Made by a program: the position numbers and the translations under genes
NCBI GenBank assembly: GCA_051362555.1
Contig: CM120644.1
Coordinates: 22,590,534-22,654,533 of the forward strand
From: Lingula anatina
Lineage: Eukaryota > Animalia > Brachiopoda
Reading direction: 5' to 3'
DNA: 64,000 bases
Notes under the pieces: generated by a model
What the model saw: only the letters and a program-made list of their open reading frames with translations
What the model was told of the DNA's origin: nothing
Databases searched by the model: none
Part shown: positions 1 through 12,616 of the stretch, piece after piece
Numbering within the stretch: position 1 is the first letter of the stretch
Layout: each line of letters opens with the position of its first letter

Positions 1-1273
1 TAGTGAACCAGATGGTTGGTGTCGATATGATGTAATATTGCAATATGTTACACAGCCAGATGAGAAATGTCATATCTTACTTAATACCTAATATTATACA
101 TGACTGCAGATGAATGACCATAGTTATTCGGCCTTCCCAAACCCCATTTTTTTATGTAGAGACATCTGATTGAAGATAACCAATCACTTCATTAATTTAA
201 GTGCACTTTTTTCTAACCACCAGGCAAATCGTCCAGAAAGTGGCAAGGTTGGGTTCTCACAGAATACACTCATATTACTCTCAGTTATTCATCTTTATGA
301 CTTTATTAGTGTGAAATATTAAAGCTTTGTGTTGCGTTTTTATCGAGATCAGCCCCATGCATATTTAACCCTCACGCGGATAGTCTCGTATGACGCCAGT
401 CAGTGTCCACAGTCTCGTTTTAAGTTATCTAAAATGATTTCCACAAAAATGACTTTTTGCCCCCCACCCCCCACCCCGACCATCTGTCTACTGGAGACGC
501 GGTGACGCCCCTTGCAATGCCGTGCGCCTTTTTAGTTATATCATGGTCGAATTCGAAGCTAGAACATTGTGATAGAAAATTAAATAAAGTAAAGTTCATA
601 AGAACTAGTAGGAGAGTATACAGGACATATGACAGCGGGAATAAAGCTGACTTAGAAAACCTACATTTTTGTTGTTTGTTTGTACTTGATTGGCGAACGT
701 TTTCCCCACTCTTAGCCATTAATTAACGGTGGCAGAAGTGCATGGAATGAAGTTGGAGAATTGAGTTTGATATCTAGGAAGTGAATTTTGAAATGTTTAA
801 TAAACTTTATTTTGTAACTGACACATAAACAGTAGCACACAAATGCATAACACCAATTTAAAGTATAAACATACATACACGTGTTTTCCCAACTCTGTGA
901 AGTTAAGTGTACTCTTTCCTAATAATTTTTGTATGTGTTCTATGTTACATTTGCCCAAATTAGTGAATATAAAGCAAACATATTCTAAGCGGACAGCGTG
1001 CTCACATGATCGGCGCCATGTTGAAATTTTGATGCCTATGTGCGTATCTTTCGCGCTTGTGTTTGTTTGTGCTTGCATCTCACATATTGTGTAGATTTGA
1101 ATGTGTTGATCAACGAGTGTAGTTGTCATAACAAATCTTTGCCTCTGTCTTTGATATATGTGTGCTCAGCGTTAAACCATAGGGTGTACAAGGACAACAA
1201 CGGGCTTCTGTAAGACTCGCGTACCTGCTTATAATGGAAGACGGTGTGACAAGGTATACAAGACAGAAAATTA

Positions 1274-1487
1274 AAGTGCATTCCCAGAGATTTAGATCGA
1301 TCCATCCGGATCGACCTAACTCCCTGGGGGTTCACGCTAAATTGCATTAGCCGAGCGCTCATGGTAGTTAATTATCCCCTTACAGCTTTTAGTAGGCGGG
1401 ACAGACGCTGAAGCCGGCTAAGCTGACCGTAATCTAGTGAGACTCCCCACAGGGATAGATCGATCTAAAATCTGTGGGAATGGGGTC
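1274..1487. mobile_element. MITE family 1 (PIF/Harbinger-like, TTA target)
   Basis: TIRs CATTCCCAGAGATTTAGATCGATC / GATCGATCTAAAATCTGTGGGAATG; inverted full-length copy at 49856-50070. Confidence 0.75.
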
Positions 1488-1953
1488 TCACACATGGTTT
1501 TCCTGGTTGTTTATTCTTTTTGTAAAACTACAGTCTTTTGTACAACAGTGTACGTGGTCAACATGTTCTATGTATTACTTTTGTATTGCTTTCAAAGATG
1601 ACATTTCCGGCATATAGAGTTTCACTCTTTTTGCTTAAATATTATCTTCAGTATTCAGTGACTAAAATAAATAGTATCTATGCATATTTTATCCTACGGG
1701 TGACCTCATACTTGCGATATTGGTGTAAAAACTAAAAATCGATTTCTCAAAGTTCTCCTCCTGACCATCCACGATTACCGTTTTAGCGCCGCTTTAATGA
1801 CACCATTTAGTTCCCCAAAACTCTGATAGCGACTTTCTCAAAAGTTTTAGTTCAGATTTTATCGTTGATAAAGCAAAATAATGCCTTTGTCTTATGAAAA
1901 TATTAAATTAGGGTCTGAGAAGAATTTCATCAGCTGTGTTATGTTATAAGAAT

Positions 1954-2088
1954 GATGTGATATTTTTTTCTTTTTTTTTTTCAGTCAGCTGATTAATATG
2001 GAGATTTTTACCTCCAATATTTCGATGTCTAGCTTACTGGAGGTAAAAACTCAATATTAAGCTGTTGACTGAAGAAAAAAATCACATC
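1954..2088. repeat. Long hairpin / MITE-like inverted repeat
   Basis: TTCAGTCAGC..TTAATAT.GAG.TTTTTACCTCCA pairs with TGGAGGTAAAAACTCAATATTAA..GTTGACTGAA; flanked by TTAAATTAGGG direct repeats. Confidence 0.55.
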
Positions 2089-2542
2089 GTATTTAAATTA
2101 GGGGCTCATAACTCCATAACAAAACTATTTTAACCAAAACGGCGACAAGACATCGTATCCCAAAGAAACGTAGTCAAATCTGTCATTTTTTTGCGATCAA
2201 ATCTCGTTAAGGATAAAATTACGCCTCATACCGACTGCTATCTCACCTCAAAATATAAAGATGTTAGATAGACTATTAAGCCTATGCTTATACATTGCAA
2301 CAAGAAATATTAACACCGATATTTTATATTTTCGAGTGTTTTTTATTGTTTCCAAGCAGCACAAAGAAAGATGCATTATTGAATAATTAGATACAGGAAA
2401 AACCTCATATTCGGCATCTGGACGAAAATAAAGGGTAACAATACCCTTAAGGCTATTTCAAATTATCTCCATTTAAGTATTCTACTCTTTACATTATCAA
2501 TATGCATTAAATCAAGTGCCAGGAGATATGGAACTCTCTTAT

Positions 2543-5500
2543 TTATGGCTGTGACGCGGGAAAAGTCAACACATTGCGAACAGAAACTTTATTGTCGGGT
2601 TCTGAAAACACCGCCCCTCGTGCTTTACCAATCCCCCACGACGTTTCCTTGAGGACAGAGTCAATAACGCCGATACTTGAAAAGTATGTATTACTTTCAT
2701 AGTGGATCTTCAGTATGGACTGGTTGAAGATATTGCGGCATGAAGGATTGCCGTAGTAGAAGTTGTTTTTACCCAGCCGGGTTTTACTCTTCTTCCCCAT
2801 GCTGTCACAAAGGGGAATAACGTAATCGCCGTAGAAAATAGTGCTTCCCTTTGGTACAACCATGTTGAAGGTACCGCTGGCTTGATAATCGTCGTTCACC
2901 CTGACTATCCAGCCTGAAAGATTGATACACGTGATATCACAGACGGAGTTTGAGATCGGTGGTATACCACCAAGGCTATGAACAATGATAAAATAGTATT
3001 AATGTGACTTATTTTTCTTATTTCAATATTATATTTAAAGACCATCTCCACTGGATTATTCCGCATACCATATCTGACATAATTAATGGTTCAGAATATA
3101 CAAAATAGCGGTGAAGACATCCATATTTTATACCATTTATTCAAAATTGAATTGGTCTCCACAGAGGTAAAGAAATGTCTAAATTGAAATAAAATTACCA
3201 AATGTCACCGAATTTAAACACAATTAGCATTAAGAGGCCCTCGGTAAAGGCCTCATGTCTAATAGCGTTTGGGTCTACTGCTCACTGCAATTATCTCTTG
3301 TAGGTGGCGCGATCAGCCTTAATCAAGGGTAACACTTCTGTTTTGTGTAATATTGGCCCATTCTTTCCAAACAACTTTGCGGAGTTGGTCCAGATTATAA
3401 GGGAGTTGGTTCTCCTCTGCATTGCACACTCCAATTCATGCCAAGGGTGCTCAGTAGGTTAATATCAGGGGCTTGAAGATGGTTGTTCCATCCAAAGAAC
3501 ATTGCTTTTCTGCAAGAAATAAGTCGCTAGACTAGAACTGTGAGCAAGTGTGCTGTCATGATGAAGCCTGGACTTAACGACGAAGTCAGCTCTTGCAGAT
3601 TAGTGACATATCAGCTGAAAATTTACGTTCAGTGACCCCAGAGATAATGGAACCTAGTCGACAATCGCTGGAAGAAATCTGTTTTTGCTGAAGAATCAAG
3701 CTATTTCGTGTAGATATGATACCTGGTATTTTAATAGGTATTTTAATCTGTCAGGTTATCATTTGTAAAAAAAATATCATGGAATTGGGGTGGGGCAAAC
3801 TTTTTGACCAATGTTTTAGTGCACATTGTCTTCACGGCCTCCATTGTGTTCACTTACCTACATTAGAAATCGGAGAGTTAAAGAATTCCACCTCATGTTG
3901 TCTGCTGGCCAATACCAGTCTGTACCTGGTAGTAGGGTCCGCTATGTACGTTCTGAACGTTAAGGAGCCGTCAGCGTTGGTTATAGCCTTGGTGCCGTCT
4001 ATGTACACTTCATCCTCCGCAGCAGTGAAGTCAACACCGTATTTCGTCTGAAAGAAATGCAACGATGTTGAGACACAATAGGCGCTGACGTCTAAGCGTG
4101 TTAAATATCTGTGAAAATTGACATTGACAATGACCCTCATAAAATAACGATGTCAGCTTTTCAAGGTTTTATACCCTGAAATATATCGTTTCGTGACCTA
4201 GTTTTCTTTTGTTTGTTATCTGGGATATCCTAAGTGACTATGTATGTCTATTTGCTAATCAACATATTTATAACAGGCTGGGCTGCAATTGTACTATGGA
4301 GCTATTTTAACCTGTTGAAATATCTAAAAGCTTTTTGAAACATTGACTTACAATTCTTACTTGATTGTAGATAGAATCGGTTCGGTATAAAACTACAGGT
4401 AGATTTATCGAATTTGATGCGTTATTAACAAAGGTTTAATTTTTTTAACTATGATGTCAGAGATTTTGATAACATTTGAACCTATGTTAGTTGGTCTAGC
4501 TGACAACAGTCTATTGAAAATTGAATAAAATTCAATTAAGTTGTGATAAAGTATAAACGGACTGCTTTTAAGATACAAAAGCAAAAGAACCCGATACCTT
4601 CAGCCATTCGGTGGCCATTTTCCCCTCCTGAATGGCGTCAGATTCAGTTCTCCCTACCAGTTGATGATGAGCAAGAATCTCGCTGCGGTTTTGACGAAAT
4701 CTATTTTCTGTTCTTCCGTCCATAATGTAGGTGAGTACATAGTCATAGCAGGGGGTGGCACTGTTGGAGCAGGTGTCACGGCGGTCATTGTGTATTGGTC
4801 CACGTCCAGCATTCACCATTGCCACGATGACGAGGAACGAGGCCACAATGAACACTTTGATGCTGCAAAGATTCACAAGATAATACTTTGAAATGACAGT
4901 GCCATGTTAGTATTGGAAAAGTGAGGTAGTTCCCTAAATACTTTGAATATAGCTGCATGCCCAACGGCGAAGAAACAGATCCGAGGATCAAATATGGCGA
5001 CCCGCTAAAAATTTGCCGCAACAACCCCCAATACGTAACCGCGAGTATCACGCGACAAGTGAGGCCGTTGTAAGGGGAATGGAAGTCCGGGCTCCCATAT
5101 GATTAGTACAGGTTAGGGTTAGTTAGGGGAGGTATATGGGACGAATGTCACCTGGAAAAAGTTATGACGAGCGGACTACGGTTCCTAGCGGACTTCCGCG
5201 TACTACCTATTGCGTACTACCCATCAATCATTTAAAAGCCAGCACCTGATTTTTCAAGCTAAGATTACAAAATGTGGGCAGGTTTGAAGTACACGGCAAA
5301 ATCGTATTTCGCGTCAAATCACCAGGGCAACAAAAACATTAACAAGGGTATAACAGAAAACGGCAAAGATATGTATAACGAGTGTGACACGGTCAGTCTA
5401 ACAGCTTGTTGTCAATGGCAGACACATCTCTTAGTGTCATACGTAACATATAATTCCATAGGAACAACTATTGCAAAAGTGCCTCAAAAGTACGTCAGAG

Positions 5501-5853
5501 GAATACAGAACTGCTATATAAGTATAACTACATTTATAAAGAAAAAAGAACGAAATATAGTTTTCAGAAATAGTCTGCTCCATGTATGATCGACTCTCTG
5601 GCCTTTTTGGTATCATGTCCTCGACTATCACCTATTAATCGCTTTTAAATAATTTCTCTTTTTTTCTTTTGCTTTCTCCTCGTTCCATCGCATGTCTCTA
5701 AACATCCCCTCCATTACCTATGAATCAAAGATATTATTTTAAGAATAAAAGTAGCTTTATGAGACTTCACAACGCGAATACATATTACCCGTTTTTTCTG
5801 GTTTAATTCCTATAGTTGCTCTGTAGCGGTGCTTACCTTACAACGCTGTCCAT
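2543..5853 (-). CDS. Secreted protein of unknown family, paralog A (4 coding exons, about 280 aa)
   Basis: Exons 5837-5853 (ATG GAC AGC GTT GTA AG|gtaagc), 4598-4862, 3858-4047 and 2543-2913. All introns are GT-AG with phases 2,0,1, joining into one ORF: MDSVVSIKVFIVASFLVIVAMVNAG (signal peptide)...CSNSATPCYDY...TKYGVDF...YGDY...IHYES...WGIGKARG...RNVLTFPASQP*. The same structure occurs in B and C. AATAAA at 2342-2347 (minus). Confidence 0.88.
3259..3565 (-). pseudogene. Degenerate Tc1/mariner transposase C-terminal fragment in intron 3 of paralog A
   Basis: Translation with frameshifts and stops: HHDSTLAH...LWMEQPSSSPDIN.TEHPWHELE...NLDQLRKVVWKEWANI...RHLQEIIAVSSRPKRY*. This matches the Tc1 pattern QDNAPxH...WPxxSPDLNPIEHxW...EW...GGxTxY. 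Confidence 0.8.
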
Positions 5854-7346
5854 GTCGAGATGATGATCCGTTGATTACTTAGACAACAATGCATCAAGCG
5901 AGACATTTAGACCGAACATGCGTAACATATTGATCCTTACAAGGGCGGACACTGCTTCTAAGGCCCTGTTCTGAACCAGATGGTTGATGTCGATATGATG
6001 TCATATTGTAATATGTTACATAGCCAGATGGGAGACGTTGTCATTTTTTACTAAAACCTTAACGGTGTAGATGAGTGCAGATGAATGGCCATAGTTATTC
6101 CGTCTTCCAAAATATCATTGGCCAAAAAACGAATTTTCTTGGAGTAAACAACAATTTTCCCATACTTACCAACGGATAATGAATCCATTTTACATTCAAA
6201 GTTAGTCCCAGCTAGATTTTCCGTGGGGAAGTATTCAAGTGGGTCGGCCATATTTGACGCTTGGACAAGTTAAACCACTGTTCTGAATGCGACCTGAGAC
6301 TCATGAAATATAACATGGTCCACTATTGATTTTGTTAAAATACATCGTCAGTTTAGGTATTCGTGTCACTTTCAGTATCTATATCAAAGTGCCAGGTGCG
6401 GATGACATCTGTACTATGTACCCTGAGTGTCAGAGCAACGTAAAAGCTAGCTTGTTAAATATACCTTGTGATGGAGTCGCTTTTACTAGCTCTGACGAAC
6501 AGCGACAATCTGAGGGCGTTCTTCTTCAAAATTTTGCCTGGGGCGCTTCCATATTTGGTAGTCACACGTCACAGCTGTGTCCGCCTGGATTCATGTTTGG
6601 AAGTCATAAGTCTCGTATGTCACAGGTTTGGCCGCCTGGAGCTGCCTTTCCCGCCTTGCGCTGAAGTTATCTCGTGCAGACGAGACAAGAAGCAATTAAA
6701 GTGCCTGACGCGGAGTTAGAAGTTTGAATTGAAAATACCTTGCAGTCGAAGGTCAGTGCCACAATACAAGCAACATTCTACTTCAAAAACTGATTTTGGT
6801 GTAGCCATTATTGCAGCCCTTATAGTGGTATCGGGCATACAGTGTAGCTGCACGTGTATATCTCAGGACTAAATGTTCTTTGATAAGCAAAAAATACAAA
6901 AACATTGGATATATCTTTTCTTTTCGAAGAATATTATTTATTTTTTCACTTTACATCTTAAATACAGAAAATAAAATTAAATAAAGCAGAATTAAATCTG
7001 TTTTACGTTTCATTTGGGTCTGATGACATTAAACTGCAGTATCACTGCGGAGCAGTTCTATTTGATTGACGGAAGTGTAACATGGCCGCTGTTCGCTAGA
7101 GCCGGTATTGCTGATATGGGTTATATATGAATCAAGATCGAGCTGGCAATACCGGAATCTAGAAAAAACTTTTTTTCTTGTGATACGAGGTCGCCCTGGC
7201 CGCGTAGTCAAGAAGGCAGAACACTAACCCTGCAATGTTCTTTCCTGTGAACTTCTTTTTGCTAAAATGCATTCTTCAGGTCGAGAGAAGCGAAATTAGC
7301 TTGGTTGCTACTTCCGAGACATTGAGCAGTTTTCAATATGGACCTC

Positions 7347-7628
7347 AATTTATGAGGAAAATTAGAAAAAAAAAGACTAGATGTCGCAGGGAATACTTTA
7401 GAGGTTCTTTGAACGTTTAACCTATCAGAAGAGCACAGGAGGACCAATGAATACAGTTAACCGCGTACCACGTAGCAAAAAAAAAAAAAAATAAAAAAAA
7501 AATAAAAAAAAAAAATAATAATAATAAATAAATAAATTAAATTAAATTAAATTAAATTAAATAAAACAAAATAAAAAATGACCATCAAACATGTCGCAGA
7601 GTGATAAAAGCTGCATAATTAGTTCGTT

Positions 7629-7675
<47 letters not shown>

Positions 7676-9378
7676 TTGCATATTTAGTTATATTAAAAGC
7701 ATACCCCCCTTTAATATTTATGTTCATTATGATATTTTGTTAGCCATGATCCTAAGCTCTCAGAAACTGCTCATTTGACATTTATCAGATGGTGGCAGAC
7801 GGTGCCATCTCCCGGGACCCATTTGCCCCCCCCCCCCCCCCCCCCCCCCCCACCTCCCCCACGAGCCCCATAGTAGAAGCCTGCTATGTTATATCTTGCA
7901 AGATTTTTTTAAATTATTTAATCTGGGTTGCAAAACTTAGAAAAGCTTATTAAGCTTGACTTTCTTTGACAGTTGAGACAATGATAATTTTTCAGAATTC
8001 AAGATGGCCGTCCATTTGTTATGTGAATAGCAAGAGCCATACGTTCAAATCAAAAATTGTATCCTACACTCCATTGTTCATCATTGCATGTTTATGTATA
8101 CATACATGCAAACTGTGATCATTTATTACATTTCTGGAAGTTATTTTATATAATTGGGGGGGGGGGGATACAGACAGTGAACAGTCTGTATCTTTGGCGT
8201 TTTTTCCCTCCATCTTTGCTGAAACTTAAAATTATATCTTAAATTTGTAAAGTATTTACCATACACGAGAATAATTCATATGATAATATTTAACTATATG
8301 TATTCTGAATTCGTACTTTGTGTATTAATCGAGGTACAGATGTCAATAAAATGACATTTCCAACGAACAACTATTTCTGTTGTAATTTAAGAAATCACAA
8401 AATTGCTGACAGCAAACTAGCCTCAGAGACTCCTCTCAATTCATGCACACATAAATGAAAAAAAATCCAGTTTAGGGCTCCAAAACAACAATTATGTCGA
8501 AAAATATTGCCTCAAATTTTGAAAGACTGTCAGTATATAACCAAGAGTTGTAAGATGTTTGTTTATTGACTCCATTTAATTTAAAGTGAAAAAAGAGCAG
8601 TCATAGGATAAATTAGAAATGCTGTAATGTAATGATGTAATTTGAACCAAAAAATGGTCTTAATAAAAAGAACGAGGATTCTTAAAGCTGAGCTGTATTA
8701 AAAAGAGAACTTACAGTCAATCCTATCAATGATGTTCTTTTCTTAATATAACTGTACCTTAGTAATACACATTCTCATTAAATAAAAGAGTCAAATTATA
8801 TACTATAGATTATCAGTTCAAAACGAAATTGTACTGTTTTTATTAACTTTTTGGACATGTTTTAGCGGTCATTTAAAATTCGGAATACCATGAACCCGAC
8901 TCTCTGCTATTTTACATGATTATTTATTTAACATATGATAATATTATAATATATTTTATATTATTGACGGCCATCTTGAATTTTGAAAATTGATCAATGT
9001 TCCAGATGTAGCCACTGGCAAGAAAAAAATTGGTCTTTAAAGGCCCCCAAAAAATTCAATTAAAAAAAAATTACAGGGAATAACATAGGAGTTTTCGACT
9101 ATGGGACCCATGGAAGTGTCAAACACACTTCTGGGGGCTGATGCCCTCAAGAACACGTTATTGAACTGTCAGATAAGCTTATTATGAAAAAACGAATTAA
9201 TTTTCACCTTTTATCATTTTTTGCGACATGTTTTGATTGTCATTTTTTTTTAATAGTACGGGCTTAAGTGTATTCACTAGTCCTGCTATGCTCTTCTGAT
9301 AAGACAAACGTTCAAAGAACCTCTAAATAAAGTATACCCGGTGACTTCTGTTTTTTTTTCTATTTTTCCTCATAAATT
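7347..9378. mobile_element. About 2-kb non-autonomous foldback-type DNA element with long imperfect TIRs
   Basis: 7347-7610 is the inverted complement of 9207-9378 (TTTAGAGGTTCTTTGAACGTTT / AAACGTTCAAAGAACCTCTAAA). Inner inverted pair AATTCAAGATGGCCGTC (about 7996) / GACGGCCATCTTGAATT (about 8966). No ORF. Confidence 0.7.
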
Positions 9379-9948
9379 TTAATTAAAATTGTCTTAAAAG
9401 TGTGTATGTGTGTGTGTGTGCGTATGTTTCCGTGTGTGTTTGTACTTGCAGCTATGCATATGGTGTACTTTTAAATGTGTTTACTAAAGAGTGTACTTGT
9501 GAAACGAGTCTTTCCCTTTCATTTTGATATATATATATATGATCAGCGTACAAAACTCGTGGTCAAATCTGTCAATTTTCGTGATAAAATCTTGTTCAAG
9601 GATAAAATTACACCCATTACCGATTGGTATCTCTCCTAAAAATATAAAGGTGATAAATTGGCGAGAAAGGCTTTAAGTTAACTATACTTATACATTGCAA
9701 AGAGAAATATAAACGCCGATATTTTACATTTTCGAGAGTTTTTTTTATTGTTTCAAAGCAACAGAAAGATAGATGCACTTTTGAATAACAAAATACTGGA
9801 AAAACCTCATTCGCGGTATCTGGGTAAAATAAAGGGTTACAATACCCTTAAGGCTATTGCAAATTATTTCCATTTCAGTATTCTAATTATTACATTTTCA
9901 ATATTTATTAAATCAAGTTCTAGGCCGGAAGATGTGGAACTCCCTTAT

Positions 9949-12556
9949 TTATGGCTGTGACGCAGGAAAAGTTAACACATTGCGACCAGAGACTTTGTTG
10001 TCAGTTTCTATAAACAACACCCCTCGTGCCACGCCGATCCCCCACGACGTTTCCTTGACGACACAATCAATAACGCCAACACTTGAAAAGTATGTATTAC
10101 TTTCGTAGTGAATCTTCAGTGTTGACTGGTTGAAGATATTGCGGCATGGAGGACTGCCGTAGTAGAAGTTGTTTTTACTCAGTCGGGTTTTGCTCTTCTT
10201 TCCAGTGCTATCACAAAGGGGAATGATGTAATCACCGTAGAAAATAGTGCTTCCCTTTGGTAAAACCATGTTGAAGGTACCACTGGCTTGATAGTCGTTG
10301 TTCACCATGACTATCCAGCCTGAAAGATTAATACACATGCTATCACTGACGTTTGAGGGCAATACAAATCTCGCGGGATTTGGCATTCCATTTCCACTAT
10401 TTCTATGTACAGAGGTAGTTTTCAAACGCGTGCAGAGTACCAATAAGCTGTCCACAATGCTAAATGTACAATCTAGATATGTGTGTGGAGCAAACTTGTG
10501 TGCTTCTGCCTGCCTGTCTGTCTGCCTGTACATTGTTGGATGCACATTTGTTTGTATGTGTAGTATATGTGTGATTTACGATCAACACAAATAAAAAGTT
10601 TATCATCTGTTATTCATGTTCATGGTCATAACGGGCTCCATTGTGTTCACTTACCTACATTCGATATCGGAGCGTTAAAGAATTCCACCTCATGTTGTTT
10701 GCTGGCCGACACTAGCCGGGCTCTGACAGCAGGGTCCGCAATGAACGTTCTGAAAGTTAAGGAGCCGTCAGGGCTTGTAACAGCCTTGGTGCCATCTATG
10801 TACACGTCATCCTTCACATCAGTAAAGTCAATACCGTATTTTGTCTGAAAAAATGTAACGACGTTGAGACAAAATAGGCGCTGATAAGTAAGCGTGTTAA
10901 ATAACTTTGAAAGTTGACATTGGCAATGACCCTAGCTGATATAACAACGATGTTAGCTTTTTAAGTCCACAACCCTGCAATATATCGTTTTGTGACCTAG
11001 TTTTCTTTCGTTTATTATTAATTTTATAATTAGTGGATTGCAACTGAAATATCCTAAGTGGCTATATATACATGTATTTGCTAATCGATATACTGAAAAG
11101 AGATGGGACTGCGATTGTACTACGGTGCCATTTAAACCTTTGAGGTATCTAAAAGCGTTTTAAAACATTGACCAATAATTCTTATTTGAAACTAAATGGA
11201 AATCTGATCGGTATAAAACTGCAAGTAGAGTTGCCGAAATTGGTGTCGTTATGAACAAAGGTTTAATTTTTTTAACTATGATGCCAGAGATTTTGATAAC
11301 ATTTAAACATATGTCAGTCGGTCTTGTTTACAACAGTCTACTGAAAATTGTAGTAATTTCAATTAAGTTGTGATAAAATAAAAACGGACTGCTTTAAAGA
11401 AAATCAGTCGGAACAAAAACGAAAGCACTCCATACCTTCAGCCAGGCGGTCGCCATTTTCCCTTCCTGAATGGCGTCTGCTTCAGACCTTCCAGCCAAGC
11501 GATGGATAGCCAGAATCTCGCTGCGGTTTTGGCGAAATAAATTTTCTGTTCTTCCGTCAATAATGTAGGTGAGGACATAGTCATAGCATGGGGTGGCGCT
11601 GTTGGAGCAGGTGTCACGGCGGTCGTTGAGCATTGGTCCACGTCCAGCATTCACCATTGCCACGATGCCGAGGAAGGAGGCCACAAAGAACACTCTGATG
11701 TGCAAAGAGTGAAAGATAATACGTTAAAATGACAGTGCCATGTTTGTATCGGAACAGTGAGATGGTTCCTTCAATATCTTGAACATAGGTTCATTCACGA
11801 CAGCGGAGTGACAGATCTGTGGATCAAATATGGCGACCCACTTAAAAGCTTGTCGCCTTAACCTCTAATAAATTCCCCGCGGGGTCTATGCAACAAACAT
11901 TTAAGTGGGTCAGGCATATTTGACCTGCGGAGCTGTAAGTCCTCTGCTGTGAATCACGTACTACCCATCCATCATTTAAAGGACGTCGCACACGTTATTG
12001 TTCAAGCTGAACAAAAAATGTGAGCAGGTTTGAAGTACATAGCAAAATCGTTTTTAGCGTCCAACACCAGTTTGAGAAGCACAATACAAGGCTATAATAA
12101 ACAAACGACATTTAATAACGAGTGTGACACGGTTGGTCTAACAACTTGTGTTCAATGGCAGACACATCTCTTAGCATCATAAATTATCAAAAGGAAGAGG
12201 CATTGTTACACATTATTCCGTAGAAACAGCTATTGCTAAAGTAACATAGAGAAAGACAGAATTGGACGCCTCGCGTTGCTGTATATGTGTATCTATATGT
12301 ATTGGTATCATGTCTTCGACTATCACCTATTTCGGCGATTATGAATCGCTTTTATATGATTTTTTTTCTTATGCTTTCTTCACATTGCATCGCATTTCTC
12401 TAAGCAAGATTTAGTTTAAAGCCATCTATTACATATGAATCAAATATATTCTCAAGTACAGTTTAGCAGACTTCACAAGGCGAAGAAATATAACTCGCTT
12501 TTGTTGTTCAATTTCTAGTTGCTCTGTAGCGGTGCTTACCTTACAACGCTTTCCAT
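9949..12556 (-). CDS. Secreted protein of unknown family, paralog B (4 coding exons, about 278 aa)
   Basis: Exons 12540-12556 (ATG GAA AGC GTT GTA AG|gtaagc), 11436-11694, 10655-10844 and 9949-10319. Phases 2,0,1, collinear with A in exons and much of the introns. The exon 2 acceptor is shifted 6 nt. AATAAA at 9744-9749 (minus). Confidence 0.86.
11787..11958. mobile_element. MITE family 2 copy in intron 1 of paralog B
   Basis: Inverted arms TCAAATATGGCGACCCACTTAAA / TTTAAGTGGGTCAGGCATATTTGA. Confidence 0.55.
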
Positions 12557-12608
12557 TTCGTGAAGGTGATGCATCGATTACTTAGACAATATTGCATCTG
12601 ACGACACA

Positions 12609-12616
12609 TTTATATA
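12609..12616 (-). promoter_or_regulatory. TATA box of paralog B
   Basis: TATATAAA about 53 nt upstream of the ATG at 12556; equivalent position in paralog C. Confidence 0.65.

Noticed and set aside
4863-4876. ORF-track starts MNLCS (A), MHIR (B) and MVSTN (C)
   Set aside because: Non-ATG starts in intron sequence; the real ATGs are in 17-nt upstream exons.
5110-5130. Telomere-like GGTTAG units (also about 21534)
   Set aside because: Only 2-3 units inside a dispersed repeat; not an interstitial telomere array.
6430-6720. GC-richer patch with ORFs of 112 and 83 aa
   Set aside because: Contains a short internal duplication, with no recognisable protein or convincing splice structure.
10320-10545. 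N-terminal extension of the 198-aa ORF at 9949-10545
   Set aside because: Intronic read-through; the true exon starts at the conserved acceptor at 10319.
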